Source: Trichoplax adhaerens
Taxonomy: Eukaryota > Animalia > Placozoa
Assembly (NCBI RefSeq): GCF_000150275.1
Contig: NW_002060945.1
Coordinates: forward strand, 4,017,397-4,081,396
Direction of reading: 5' to 3'
Length of the DNA: 64,000 nt
A program made the translations under genes and the position numbers. This document shows positions 27,201 through 40,936 of this stretch, piece after piece. Each line of letters starts with the position of its first letter. Position 1 is the stretch's first letter. The notes beneath the pieces are model-generated. The model had not been told where the DNA came from. It worked only from the letters and a program-made list of their open reading frames with translations, and did not search any database.

Positions 27201-28244
27201 TCGAATAATCTTAACTAGGCAAATATAACTATAATATGAAAGTTTTAAGATTATTTATACACTGCTTATGTAACACAGCATACTACACCATCATCTTAGT
27301 ACTAATATCTTTATAAAGCCACGTGGAAATATAATTTATGCGCTAATAATAATAATATTCATTAGCTTATAATCGACTAATTTCTCTATCCAGAAAAGAA
27401 AATCGACTCATTTGTTTTATATCTGCATACTGTATAATTAATTATCTTTAATAATTTCAAAGGCAATAGTATGTTACAGCTATGATTGTATCTCAAACAT
27501 ACTTATATTAGATATAAATTTGAAATACATCTTAATACATTACAGTACTCGTAAAGGAATAATACGCGTTGACCAGTAAGAAAAATAAATGACCACTTGT
27601 AGATATCAATTGAATGCCGCATTATTATTATTATTATTAATAAAATCATAATTTAAGGCGTGTCCGAGCGGTTTCTAACTATTATCTGTGTGATTGTCAA
27701 TTGGCCTATTCAACTGAAACACTATATCATATTCCAATTGATTATATTATAATTAGATTTAGCTATCTGTAAACGCTAATTAGATCAAGTTTTATCAAGA
27801 TATGAGGTACGGTAGACCTTAGCGCGATCAATACATTCAAAATTTTTCTTTTCTAGATCACAATCTAAGAATTAAATATCTTATTCGTATTTATATGTTT
27901 CTTGCAATAATTTTTACTATATAAGCTTATCATTAACATTAAGCATTGACTATTTAAATTTACACTATAAAGCTAGTTACCCGTTATTTGACTAACTATA
28001 TTTTCATAACGCAGTAAATATATTTGAAATTTTACTCCTTTAGTCAAAAGCTTGCTGATAATGATTATGGATTTATATGAAATAGTCTGTACTAATATGT
28101 TAGAATGATGAATGTATTAAATTATATTTAAATTTTAACTAAACAAGGCATTCTACTTTAGCATTCATAATTTGATTATGATTTGGCTTAAAGAACTTTA
28201 GTATTAATGACGACTACCGTATGCAATAATTATGTTACCATTCA

Positions 28245-28345
28245 ATTAGTAAATCAGGGGCTTGCTAATTGAAAGTACACAATATGGATTTAGAAAAAAA
28301 CGTACAAACATAGATACGATGCTTTACTCTCCTGATTATGAATGT
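28245..28345 (+). mobile_element. Decayed non-LTR (LINE) reverse transcriptase fragment
   Basis: Translates, with two frameshifts, as LVNQG/LLIESTQYGFRKKRTNIDTM/FTL. This matches the L..E.Q.GFR..R(S/T)..D..FTL motif of non-LTR RTs. Confidence 0.5.
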
Positions 28346-31300
28346 CAACTTTGTATGAAAGAACTTAATTATGGTGCGCGTATATCGTATCTTACATTCT
28401 TATTTAATTACAATGCTGATCACATGAACACAGCAGGGGTGATTTCTGAATTCTGTTTTGAATAAAGCAGTAATAATAACAATAAAATTAAATTAAATTA
28501 AATCAATCGCGGCTGTATTGAAAGTTACTCCATTGTACGTATGAGTTCAACATCAAAAAGTAAAAGACAATATATGTCTGCTGTTAGTAAAATAAGTATC
28601 TTATTCACCACTATATGCAAAAGTAATCATTAGATTCTAATTCAACGCTTGCTTAATAAAATTAATAATGAAAGAACACATCTAACACATGTTTACATCG
28701 TTGCAATACGTAGTGCATATGAGTAATGCTATTTAAACATACTATACAATATCGGATTAATAATATAAAATTAATATCTACAACAGCTAATGGCTGTATA
28801 ATGCAGTTGTCGAAAGTAATAAATCGGTTTGACTAGATTATTTCAGGAGGTCTGAATGAGTTTATTGTATTATTATGGATATAATTTCATATCATTAATT
28901 TGGCTTACGGGAAAAATTTTATCTAAAGAGCATGCGTTCAATAATTGTAGGTCTAAAATACTATAGCATCTTCTAATATTACTCATTTATTTTATTCTAA
29001 ATTCATTATGATGCCCACAATGCAGTAAAGGTCAATGTTAAAGAAGAAAAAGACTTAGTTAAATCGATGATTAAGTATATCATAAATATTTAAAGAAAAG
29101 ATTTTACTGTATAGCTATTATATGCCAGTTTACAATAACATAATTTTTTGAATATATATTATTTAAGGCGTAGTATAGGATTTATACTTTACTTACAAAT
29201 AAATAAGGAACAATAAGCCGAAAATATCATTTTAAATTAGCAATCATGCTGATTTCATGATAATTTCTATTTCTATGCTTTGATAAAGCATAATTAAAAT
29301 TATCTTATACGTTATCTAGTAACTTTGCGTTTCCTGCAGTATCTTTAAGCGATCAATAAAGATTTTTTGATGATAAGTCTATGGACCAGCTATTTTTGAG
29401 TTATTCCATAGCGCTACCATGAAAATTTCAATTAATCAGGCACGCATCCAGGTATCTGATTCATCTATATTCTATGCGAAATAACAAATAAAACATCTTA
29501 TGCAAGATCGAACAATGATATTAATTTCATTCATACTTTTTCCAATGCATGTTTTATAAATTATAATTAATCTATCTTGAATTTATATTTCAAAAGTTAT
29601 ACACATTACGCAATAGCAATAAATAGTCAATTGTAAATAAATTGTAGGCGTTTCAGAAACGATTCTCCCTGCAGAGAATTCGTCCGACAAAGGAAAGTGT
29701 AAAAATCTACGTATATAGGTAATTACCTATTCCTTATGTAATTCATTCATTCTAAAAACTGACTTTAGCTTAAAAAACTTTTAATACATTAACGAGATCA
29801 AAAACTCCATACAGCTTGACTATAGTCTGAACCTATTCGTATGTACTGTAAGCTAACAGACATAAATCTGGAAGACCTTGATGCGTATATGTTATACACG
29901 AATAAAAGAAACTAATGGATCTGAATCTAAACTGCATATTCTTTATCGTTATATTAATTTTTCAATCAAATAAGTTGGGTATATTTGATTATGCCAATGA
30001 AGATATCAAGGTAAAATATGGTAATCATCGTTGTCATTATGTACACTATACAGTAGAGCTAGGTTTCTGCCGATTATAGTCACTTCCAAAGAGGTTATCG
30101 GAAGTATAATAATAACCGAATTAACAAGTGGTTGTACAGCATATGCGCAAATCGGCTTCGCCTACTTAGGTAAAATGTGGGCATGGACATTAACGCGTTA
30201 CTTTTTTTTAATTTTCGTGATCTAAGCCTTTATTGCAAAATATGAAATTTCAAGTGCATAAATATAACATACTGCGCTATAATCAGTCGTAGTCGAATTG
30301 TATTTTTAATTAAAGTACAGCAGTATCGTCATGACACTATAATTAAAATTCCAGGTACATTAGTATCAGCACTACAATGATCCTAAATCAGGTATTATCT
30401 GTTATATTTAATACGGCCTTCAGTAATTTATATCAAATAGTATCGATATTATACTATACTATATAGACTAATTTCTCGAATACAAATTAATCAATCAATT
30501 TAATTAATTAAATTACTGATATATAAGAAACAAGTTAATTACGCAGTCTCAACTGAATGAAAGAAGCGCTTGAGTTATACCGAATATTATAATGAGGTGG
30601 ATATCAAAACGACGGGTTACTAAATTTGATATGATAGAATAAATTAGCGATAAATCATCTATACTCGTAGTTGTACGGAAAAGATATTTTAAGTATTTGT
30701 AACTAACAGAATAAGTGTAATATGCGATTATCATTAGATGAGATCCACATTATTGTTTTTCGGAAAGTTCGGAATTATTTCTTGAACAATCCAACTTTAT
30801 TGTAGCTAGTATAATCAAACAGTAGTTTATCATTATTCTATTTTCATGATAGTCTCATTTACTGTATCATGCATGCATAATTAGTTTTATATATTGATCT
30901 TTTTGAAAATAATTATTTACAATTGAGTTAGAACTTTAGTACATAAAGTGAATTAGATTTTTACTCAATCTATATTAGGTAGCATTTTATAATCTATGTA
31001 AAGCAATTTTAATGATTCTGACGAGAAACCCAATCTTTCAAAGCCCTTAAATTTTCCTATTTGATTTACACATGCTCAATTTATACTATGTTTTGTCATT
31101 ATGTTCTGTATAGAACTTTTACAATTTATTTCACTATATTTCTTTCCGTATCACGGTATTTATAATGCTGTAATGAGAAAATTTGTTGTTTATCATTTCT
31201 GTAAGCTACGATACTTTGGACGATATGAAACAATTTAAATAGTTTCAATTAGTGATATGGGTACTTGATAATACTTTATATTTAAGAGTTAAAATTAGGC

Positions 31301-31943
31301 CACTACTGGATTCTAATGCCATTATTACATTATCACCCATCTACTTGTATTAATAAAACACTATAAGCCTCATCACGTTTCTACACAGATATATATGAGT
31401 ATTTTTGTTAGATAAAATTATTGTTAACGCACTGTAGCCTATCTGTATTTTCTTATTAAATATAGGAGGTGACAATTGTAGAAGTTCCAGAGAATAGAAA
31501 ATAGTTTTCTCAATATAAAGTTCATGCATTTTCAGATAGAATGGATTCGTTACCTTTGAACCTTCTTCAAGTATACACAAGCTCTATGTTTCTATATTTT
31601 AGATAACTTTCAATACGTTAATATAGCATTATTTTAGTTTACGATATGAAATTTGGAAATTAATGTTGTGATTTAATCTACATTAACGTAATCATTCGCT
31701 CAGTCGGTACCACTCATAAATGATAAACTTTATTCTGTTCATTTTACAAAGTATTGACGTGAATATATATGGGAACGATAAAATTCCTAACTTTTATTAG
31801 TGCTGCTGCTTCTTTAAGAAATAGATTCTGATATTTAATGTTAAAGATACCGGTAGCTCATAACAATGCCCTGTAATATCGCGAGAGCAAAGAATCCAAT
31901 AGCCATTTGTAGTCAAGTCCAAAGTATAGCTTTAAATATTGAT

Positions 31944-32335
31944 TGTAAGATTGTACGAGCATTGTAAGTCATGTGTTGATTAGTCAGATGGATTTTCTTG
32001 TAAGTGCTAAATCGTAGAATATAAGATTGTTTAAGTGAGTATTCATGTTAGTAGTTATAGTGCAGATTGTAGTAGTTGTTAAAGATGCTGTATTAAATGA
32101 TCTTCACACCTTGGGATACGCTAGTAACGAAATGCTAGCCTAAATAAGATAGATATTGGCCCCTGTATCCTGATGATACTCTGTAACTAAATGTATATAA
32201 TCAAGATATTTCATCTTCGAAGTTTATTTAGTCGTAGCTAATCCGGTCCTTGGTAGAACACGTAATTTGTGTAATAAAGTGATTTATTCTCAAGATATGG
32301 AAATCTTTGCTTAAAGTTGGACACCTTATCACACA
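31944..32335 (+). mobile_element. Candidate older solo LTR (392 bp)
   Basis: Termini TGTAAGAT...ATCACACA (6/8 inverted match). Flanks TTGAT/TTGCT (4/5 TSD). Internal TATATAA near 32194 and AATAAA near 32273, in the same order as the 14805 LTR. Confidence 0.4.
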
Positions 32336-33743
32336 TTGCTACAGTGATTATCAAACTGCTTTCATTGTTCTACAGCATTCCACGAAAAGTAAATACGGTT
32401 AAATTGTGATCGGTCAAAAGTTACTAATGGCAGTAAAAGTATTGATAAAGCATTCTATCATTATTTTCTTACGTTATATTTATAACGTGCTGTAGCGTTT
32501 TGAATCTGAATTAAGAAAGCAAAAATTACTTAAATCCTCATTGTTTAGAAGGTACAGTACATGCATTACAGCGCATTAAAAATATCGACCGACATTATCC
32601 CTATACATTTTCTAAAACTACCACATGATTTAATTGTAAACTATCGAAAATTCTTTGAGCATCAAGCACTCTGATATTCTGAAGTCCTGTTAAATATGAT
32701 AAATCAAATCCGGCAACTATTTACTGTGAGATTTTTTTCGTTATTATCACAATTATTTTCTATTGTTTCTTAAATAATTATAATGATAACGACAATGTAT
32801 TCAGCTTTTCATTGATAATCCGGTCAGCAATGCTGATTTCATACAATTACAAAAGTAACAGATATATTTACATGATATCAAGCCACAATAAAATTTATTG
32901 AAACCAAAGATATTTCTACAACCGTTTAAGCATAAAGTGAGATTAATTACGTTAAGTATTAAACCACATTTATACCCAAAACGAACAATATTAATGTATT
33001 TATATCGCTGAGTAGTTATTTTTTTACAATAATGACCTCATCCGATTACATGATAACGGCGATGATTGATATAAATTGCCTAATACTGTAGGAATTGCAT
33101 AAAAAGTGACTATGATTACAAACCAACAACCTGTCTAAAATTGATAGATGATATAATGTAGGATACCAAGTTAAGTAATATTATTTCTTCTAGAAAATTC
33201 GCTCAAGAAGAATAAAATGCAATAAATGCCAATACATATAACAGAGTATAAGATCCAAGCATCAAAAGAAACAACTACCTACAAGTACATTGCTTCTAAA
33301 CTTTACAAAGGTTATATACCAAAAGTTACTGTGAAAATTAAATTGTCATGCGCAAGATAACTGAAAAGAGAGAGAAGTAAAGGTATCCATCTTCTCTCGA
33401 CTCTCTTACTGTATACAACTGTATGCATATACGTATATAGAGAGATGCTGCATATTCATATATACATATAAGTACATATAAATAGATACTTTACAGCATA
33501 GCTATCGTACATATTGTACAGAGTTGGTACATAATGAAAGTGTAAACAATATTGCTAGCACTTTATAGTAACGACAAGCAAACGAGAAAATGCCTATTCT
33601 TAATGTATATAAACAAATTAATCTTTATCGAAACAAGGCAACGTGATATATTATACAAAAGAATAAACTAATAATGTTCGAATTACAAATGCATGTAACT
33701 TTTTCAATGTCATAACCAGTCTAGATGATAGATATAACAAGGT

Positions 33744-33830
33744 ACACACAGAAACACACACACACACACATATATGTAAAACAAGGTACGCGTACCAACA
33801 CACATATGCAGTACATATGTACACACTGCA
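33744..33830. repeat. (CA)n/(TA)n microsatellite-like tract (UG-rich on the KLF transcript strand)
   Basis: ACACACACACACACACA at ~33754-33770 within a CA/TA-alternating stretch. Confidence 0.8.
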
Positions 33831-34824
33831 CATTCATATTGCACACGAATGCATGCGTATGCATTTAGGCATACGATCGATGTTGAATTCTAGACCATAT
33901 TCAGAGCGATATTTATTATATTTAGCATATGTTCTAGCATAAACAGCTGTATAGTTCACATAATAGTTTTCTTGACTCTGTATAATGTACCTTGAAAAAT
34001 TTTGAGGGTGTTTTTAACCAGACTTACTATCAGCGGCTGACCTTATTTCCAACAATAGCAAACAATTATCCTATTAAATTATTATTTATCATTTGAAATA
34101 AACGCTAAGCAAATTCTTGAATTTTTATCATTTGCGTTAGTAGACGGCAATTGATTTTAATTGGAAACAGCTAGTCTACCACATCTAGAAGAGAAGAAAT
34201 TGCAGAAAATTCTGTTCAATAATATTGCCGTGCAAATAAAATCTATAAGAATACTTCCTCTGACTAACTCTACTAACAGTATTCCAAATAAAATTGATTA
34301 AATAGTATTAATCTTGACGATTTCCTTATTACATTAATAGCTGATTGATAACATATTTATTTGCAAGTACCATGTAAGCTAGTACCCGGATGCAGTATTA
34401 GCCATTGAATAGAGTAAAATCTGAATTTGTTTTCAACTAGTACAGTCTGCCTTAGTATAGACTATTTTTCAACTATTTTTCAATTATTTTGCTGATATAC
34501 TTATAGTCATCATCAATTTGAGATTAGAGGAATATTCTTAGGAATACTGATAAGAGCAGTTGGTATCAGAATTATTCACATAATTCATAATTTTTTAATA
34601 GCATCAATGCCAATGAATCACCAGTAAAGATCAATGATTGTCTCACATTGGCTTTAACAGTGAGGTAAATTTCTTATCAAATAGGTAACAAGTGCATATC
34701 TACTGAACTGCGGTGTATTCTTATATCCAAAACGGCCATGATTGGACTTTATAAGTTAAGACTATTACTTTTTCTTAAAGATTCAAAAAAATAGATTTGG
34801 TTGTTGGCTAAAGTTAAGGAACAC

Positions 34825-37800
34825 TTACCCCTGTAAATGGCGTTTCATATGAAGAGCTAAATGGTCCGATCTTGAAAAGCAACGATCACAATGGGAGCAT
34901 TTAAATGGCTTGGCTCCAGTCTAAGTAAATAAGAGCATGATGTTTAGGAATACAATAACAAAAATCATCGCAACCCTCAATGTTAAAAATATTACAAACA
35001 AGACAATTAATTTGTGTCTTTATGATATTTCAATTCATTTAAAGATAAATGCTGTAAGCTAATAAAATATACTGTCATGTCAAGTACCTGAATTTAATAT
35101 CGTTATGGTATAGTTACTGTCTTTATAATTTTGTTTAATAATTAGATAACCGAATTTTCGGTTTCAGCTAGATTAGAAACGAATGTAATAACAGCACGAT
35201 ATTACTTTCGTAAAAATTTTGCTCCGTATCCTATACGTAATTACCTTTCGATTGACATAAATCATATACATATCCAATTTCTACTAAGTAATTACATCGC
35301 TGTTTACTTTGTTTATCGTAGCATATGTCGTAAAATTATTGCACATATTCTGTGATATCATATCATTGACGGAAATGTCTATAAGAAATATTGTCGTAAA
35401 GATGTTGAAGTTTTTATTTATGTTTGATGTAACATAATCTCATATTGCATTACGGAATACAATGTTGTCTCTTAGTCAAGTATAAACCAAAATTCATCAC
35501 TATAATAAAATCTACAGTGATTTGGTTCACCATTTCTGATATCGTTGATCATGCAGTCATGCGTATACAAAATTTCATTTATTATGGGTGAATGATAACG
35601 TCAACTATGAAAATAACCGTGATTTATTATATAATTATCGATTCCAAAGTGTGTTCACGATGATCAATCCAGCATTTCACGTACAGGTTACGCAAATAGA
35701 TGACATGCAATTGCTTACATGATCAATTTAAGTTGTTATGGGATTGTAAAAAGACTATAGTCCTATTTTATTATGTTATTCGAATTTATAGGAGTTAAAA
35801 TAAATTATTTTCGGAACGTTATACTCGTATTCGTTAGTATTATTAACTAAGAAATCAAAAAGTTAATGTACATAAATTGTTAACTCACTGATTTACGGTA
35901 TCAAATAATTTCTGTTTGGATTAAATTGGGCATTTTCAATTATTTCTTACTTTGATCATCGTTTACTTAACGACATAGACAATTTTTCATGCGACGTCTT
36001 ACCAATCCCGTACTACCGACCCTAGATTCTCAACTCACGCACATACGTTGCAAAACGACCCGACCAATCTTATAGCTTAAATTGTAATTTTGTTACAATT
36101 TGATTCTTTGATGTCGATTATACTATAGTATTATCTATATTACATTCCGAAGAACATGAGTACGTTCAAAAGTAACATGATCTATAATATACCTATCTAT
36201 GTCGGATTAGTAATTACTGTACATTCTTGAAAATCTCTACTAATTTTTTTATTCTATGTTGTCAAAATTTTCACATCAGCTACTGTCGGTCTGATAAGAA
36301 GCCGTCTTAACATTCTTTGAATATCCATCTTTTTAGCACGTTTCATTATCAAATTTATAAACTGCCGTATTAAATTGTCTTTGACATAGTAAACTACGGG
36401 TAAAATTTAATTTCATGACTGACAGCTGATATATTACTAATATTTTATGTTACTGAAAATATTCTTATCAATCTACTTTATAATTTAATATAGAATATTT
36501 TCCTAACTAAATGTCTTAAAAGATTTTAATGACCAAGTTAAATAACATTTTATTATATATTCTGATCTGCGCTAAGCGATAATCAAATTGCTATAGAGAC
36601 TTACATGCTTGCGGTAATGGCGTGTTAATTCATCAGATCTGGCAAATCTCCAGGGACATTCTTCCCATGGACATTTGTAAGGCTTTTCTCCCGTGTGCGT
36701 ACGCTGGTGCGCTTTTAAATGTGAGCTTTTAGTATAAACTTTACGACAACCAGAAAAATGGCAACGATGTACTCGTCTTTTAGCTTTGATGTTACCATTA
36801 ACGAGATTTTTAGCATTTTTGCTCTTATTTACTTTAGTATTATTAATATTTCGATTCGTACATGATTTCGGAGTTTTAGAAGGGCGAGATGGGGTTGTAC
36901 TAGTTAAAGTATTAGTACTGACAACATTTTTTCGTGTATTGGATACATTAACGGAATTAATGTTATTAGTTTTAGAACCTGAACTACGACTTGATTTTTG
37001 CTGCTGATTAGTAGATGGTTGTTTACTAATAGCTTTAGCTTTGATCTCTGGTGATGATGGAGGTGTAGGTGGTAAAGATGATTTGCGTTTGTTATTCAAT
37101 GTTTTTTGTTGCTGCGTTTTACCTTTTTCCAATAACGCTGGTAAAATATATTCTGTTGCTTTTGTGTTAACTTGTTTAACTTGTTGCTGCATCTGGCTAA
37201 GATCAAATCGAAACGGATTGCCATCTTGACAGCTATTAGCTGAAGGTGGTGGACTTAACTCAGCGGTTATTAATTTCACATCTTTATCAATCAAGTAATG
37301 ATTAGTAGCAGCTGTTATTGCTGTTGTAACTGCTGTTGATGCTAGTGTAGTTGTTGCAGTTGAAAATTGGTCTCTTGTAACTAATGGATACTCCATGCAA
37401 CCTTCCCAGTTTGCACTGTTGTAACCACAGTTGTCGGTATAATAAGGTTCAGAATTGATATAGCGTTCAACCTCTAACTTAATCTATGAAACAAAAGAAT
37501 CCCATACTAAAAATCGATTTCTTACTAATATCAAATCATGATCAATTTACAATTTCTTTTACGAGTAAAGTTATACATTACTAAAAATACCTAAAACGAC
37601 GCATTAAAAGTCTTAACATTTAGCCTTAATGCTAATTTAAACATTTCTATTTAATTTAATCAAAATTTTTTTCATCAATCAAAGATCATACCGTAAATAA
37701 CTATCTCCATATTAAATCTATTATAATTACTAATGGTTTATCCTAATCGTGCCTATTGTCGTATATTTTTATTAAAGTAATTTCATTTAGTATACAGATT

Positions 37801-39373
37801 AAAAGTAGTAATCGCTAAGATAACCTGTCTTGCAATTCACAGCAAGTATGGATATCGTACTTGTCTACCAATCTTTTTAATAACATGTCGTTCGACAATG
37901 TATTTGAAGATTTTAATTAATCGTATTATAATTAATACAGAAAAAACATTTACTGAACAGAACAGGGTAAAACAAGAAGTGTAAAAAACAATGTGTTGGT
38001 AAACGTTATCGATATTGAAATGGTTCATTTGCAACATAGATATTATCAGAAATCAATCGTTTACTGAATGGAATTGAGTAAAACAGGAAGGGCAAAAACA
38101 ATGAGTTAGCAAGGGTTAATCATTCTGAAATAGTGGAAATGCAACTTAGATATTATCAGGCATTATCATAATCTCATTTTCGGGTTATTTGACATTAACA
38201 TATTAATTTTTCTAATACAGTATCACTTCTTTTTCTCCCAGCGATGTATACTGTCAGAATTGATTAAATTGAAAAGTTCCTCAAAGTATAAAAGTGACTG
38301 CTAGTATGAAGATATTGTCACATTCTCATTTAACTAGCGCGATCTACTGTGCATCTATAAAATCTAAGCGAAATAGCAATCGGCATTAGTCGCTACAGAG
38401 AAATTTCCATGTCAAGGTTATGGAACTTCAATAGAATCCCTTTCTTGATGCAATCAATGTATAAACTATTCTCGAATGACTACCATATTTAGAGTAGATA
38501 ATGGAATATATTTAATTATTACAATGCTGAAGTAGGCAATTCGTACAATAGATCTACAGGTTGATTCAAAAGGACGTACAGCCCAATTGGATATCATATT
38601 CAATAGCTATTATCGATTAATAAGGTAAAGTAATCACGGCATATATACGTCCAAAGATGATGATGATGATATCTGTATAGCTAAATATTAAAATGATGCT
38701 TGATTAAATAGATGGAAACATTTCAATTTTCTGACAAGAATATCAACTTCTTATTACAAGAGAATAGGTCTGATGAGTCTGTCATTGGGAGCACGAATGC
38801 CATAGTCGCAGTTTTTCTTCAATTTTTAAAATTAATAATAAACAAGTGCTTGTCCCTTTAAACTATCATAATTTTATAGATACCGTAAAATTGCTTAAAA
38901 CTTGTACTGTAATGATTTTATGCATAATAAACAGGATTGACCGTAACATATATACGTTCGTATTCTGTCTTCAATATTAGTGTATAAAGAAAATTTCGTT
39001 GGATACTACACTTAAAGTTTTATTATTGCAATATATTCGGCAGGAATAATTATACTGTCACACTAAATAACAACACGACTTGTGCTAAAGATTATGTATT
39101 ATGATGTTAATGAAATATGTTTATCAAGTAATCGTATCAAAAGTCACAGTAATAAAATCAGTTGACGAAGAAAATCGATTAGTGACTAAGGGCAAAAATG
39201 AAAATTATACTAACTTGTTGCCAATCTTCTTCCAAGGTTGGTAGTGTATAGAAGAAACCATTATCGTTATGCAATTGCTCATGAAAATACTCGCTAGCAC
39301 AACTAGAGCCAAGACTACTATTAGCATAATCCAACGTAGCCATCACAGAAGCAGATTCCAAATTACTCGACAT
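34825..39373 (-). CDS. KLF6/7: Kruppel-like factor 6/7 (3 C2H2 zinc fingers), ~377 aa
   Basis: Exons 39215-39373, 36605-37483 and 34825-34920, joined by phase-0 GT-AG introns. N-terminal motif [10 protein letters not shown]|[13 protein letters not shown] matches the KLF6/7 acidic domain ([23 protein letters not shown]). Fingers [34 protein letters not shown]...[14 protein letters not shown]|[28 protein letters not shown] are nearly identical to vertebrate KLF6/7. Confidence 0.95.
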
Positions 39374-40040
39374 CGGATAACGTGTACCAAACAAATTTCG
39401 TCAAAAGAAATAATACTAAAATATAAGTATATGAAAAATGGATTATAGATTAATACCGGCTAAAGTTTAATTACTGTACGCAACTATTTGTAACCAGTAA
39501 AATATTATTTTAAAAAATTTTTTTAATTGCCATTCTAAGTATTATTGTTTTGAAACTGCCTATAATTTTAATATGGACAACCTGAAAATCAAGATTATAA
39601 ATACTCCTCTTACTTTAATTCAAATAATTTGCTTACCTTAAATGAATTTAATGATGGCTAAATGAATTAAGTATCAACTCAATGCGGATAATCGAGTATT
39701 TCAAGGCCTTTTTTATCGTAAACTTCTACGGATTGCAAACGATAATAAAACTACCGATAAGACCGAGGAGATCGGAGATGATCTGGCAACAGACTACACC
39801 AAGCGTTGATCAAACTATTTACTTATCAAAAATTACCATATAGCAAATGAAGGCAACTCAATGAAGAACTTAGGATTGCATGTTGTTCGAAAATAGATGG
39901 TATCATATATATTGGATACTGGTACTGTTTATGTAGAAAATGTAGCTAAAAAGATAATATTAAATTAGATCGATGGTTTATGTATGCAGTTGGTGTTGAA
40001 TTAGATTATTATTGGTTAAAAACTGGCAATTTAAGTCGAC

Positions 40041-40936
40041 TGCGCAATGGGAAATGAAGGTGGGTGGTCAATGTTAAGAATAGAGTAGGAGGGTATCTTG
40101 AAAATCAAACATTAACCTCTATAAAGGAAAGATGCCTGAAATCTGACTTTTATTTAAACGACACGGAATAAATTAATACCCCCTCTACTTGATTGTTTTT
40201 GCTCAACCCACTCTTCACACACATCTAATCTCTCATTGGTTTTAGTAATTATATATAAAAGATATGTCAATGGTATAAAATGTCAATCATTATTTTTTAT
40301 TTAACTATTTGGTCTACGCTATTTAAGTTTGGACATTCCTCAATCGTTGCCCAATATATCGTCAAAAGTTTCATCGGTGCTATTTATTCCTGAGAAAGAT
40401 AGAGACATGTATTCCTTATTAGAGAATAAATTCGATTAGATATTATATCCTATAAAATTATCAAGACGGGAAAATTTCTCGTTGACCATTGTCATAATGG
40501 TCTATACGGTAAGAAATTAAAGAATAAAAAAAGTGAATATTAAATTAAAATAATATGATGATAACAATAACTAACTGAGGATACAGAAAATCATCTACCG
40601 ATAGATCAGCAGAAAGAAAGAGGAGGAGACTAGGCCACATGAGTCAATCTATACCTGATGCAGTATTGATTGATTTTACCAATAAAGGTAATAAATCAAT
40701 TAAATGTCTTGGTCCAATGACGTGAGGAGGAATCAACTTTTGATCCATTGATTGTTCTTCCAATTATTATTGACAGGATGATCACTCTTGGGCATCTGCC
40801 TGGTTACCCATTAGATTGATTTAGGACCCAACTGTGATATGATTGACATAAAATCTGCATATTTAAATTCTGACTAATATTCAATTCAATAAAATTGTCG
40901 ATAGAAGAAAGTTTGTAACCAAAATTTCTTATTGGT
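40041..40936. promoter_or_regulatory. Putative KLF6/7 upstream regulatory region
   Basis: GGTGGGTGG (CACCC box) 40059-40067; TGAGTCA 40640-40646; TGATTGAT 40667-40674; CCAAT overlapping TGACGTG 40714-40724; TGACAG 40771-40776; TGATTGACA 40840-40848; further CCAAT/ATTGG sites. Motif matches only. Confidence 0.35.

Noticed and set aside
36572-36604. C-terminus [10 protein letters not shown] in the ORF track (two-finger KLF)
   Set aside because: This is intron read-through past a GTAAGT donor; finger 3 is in exon 34825-34920.
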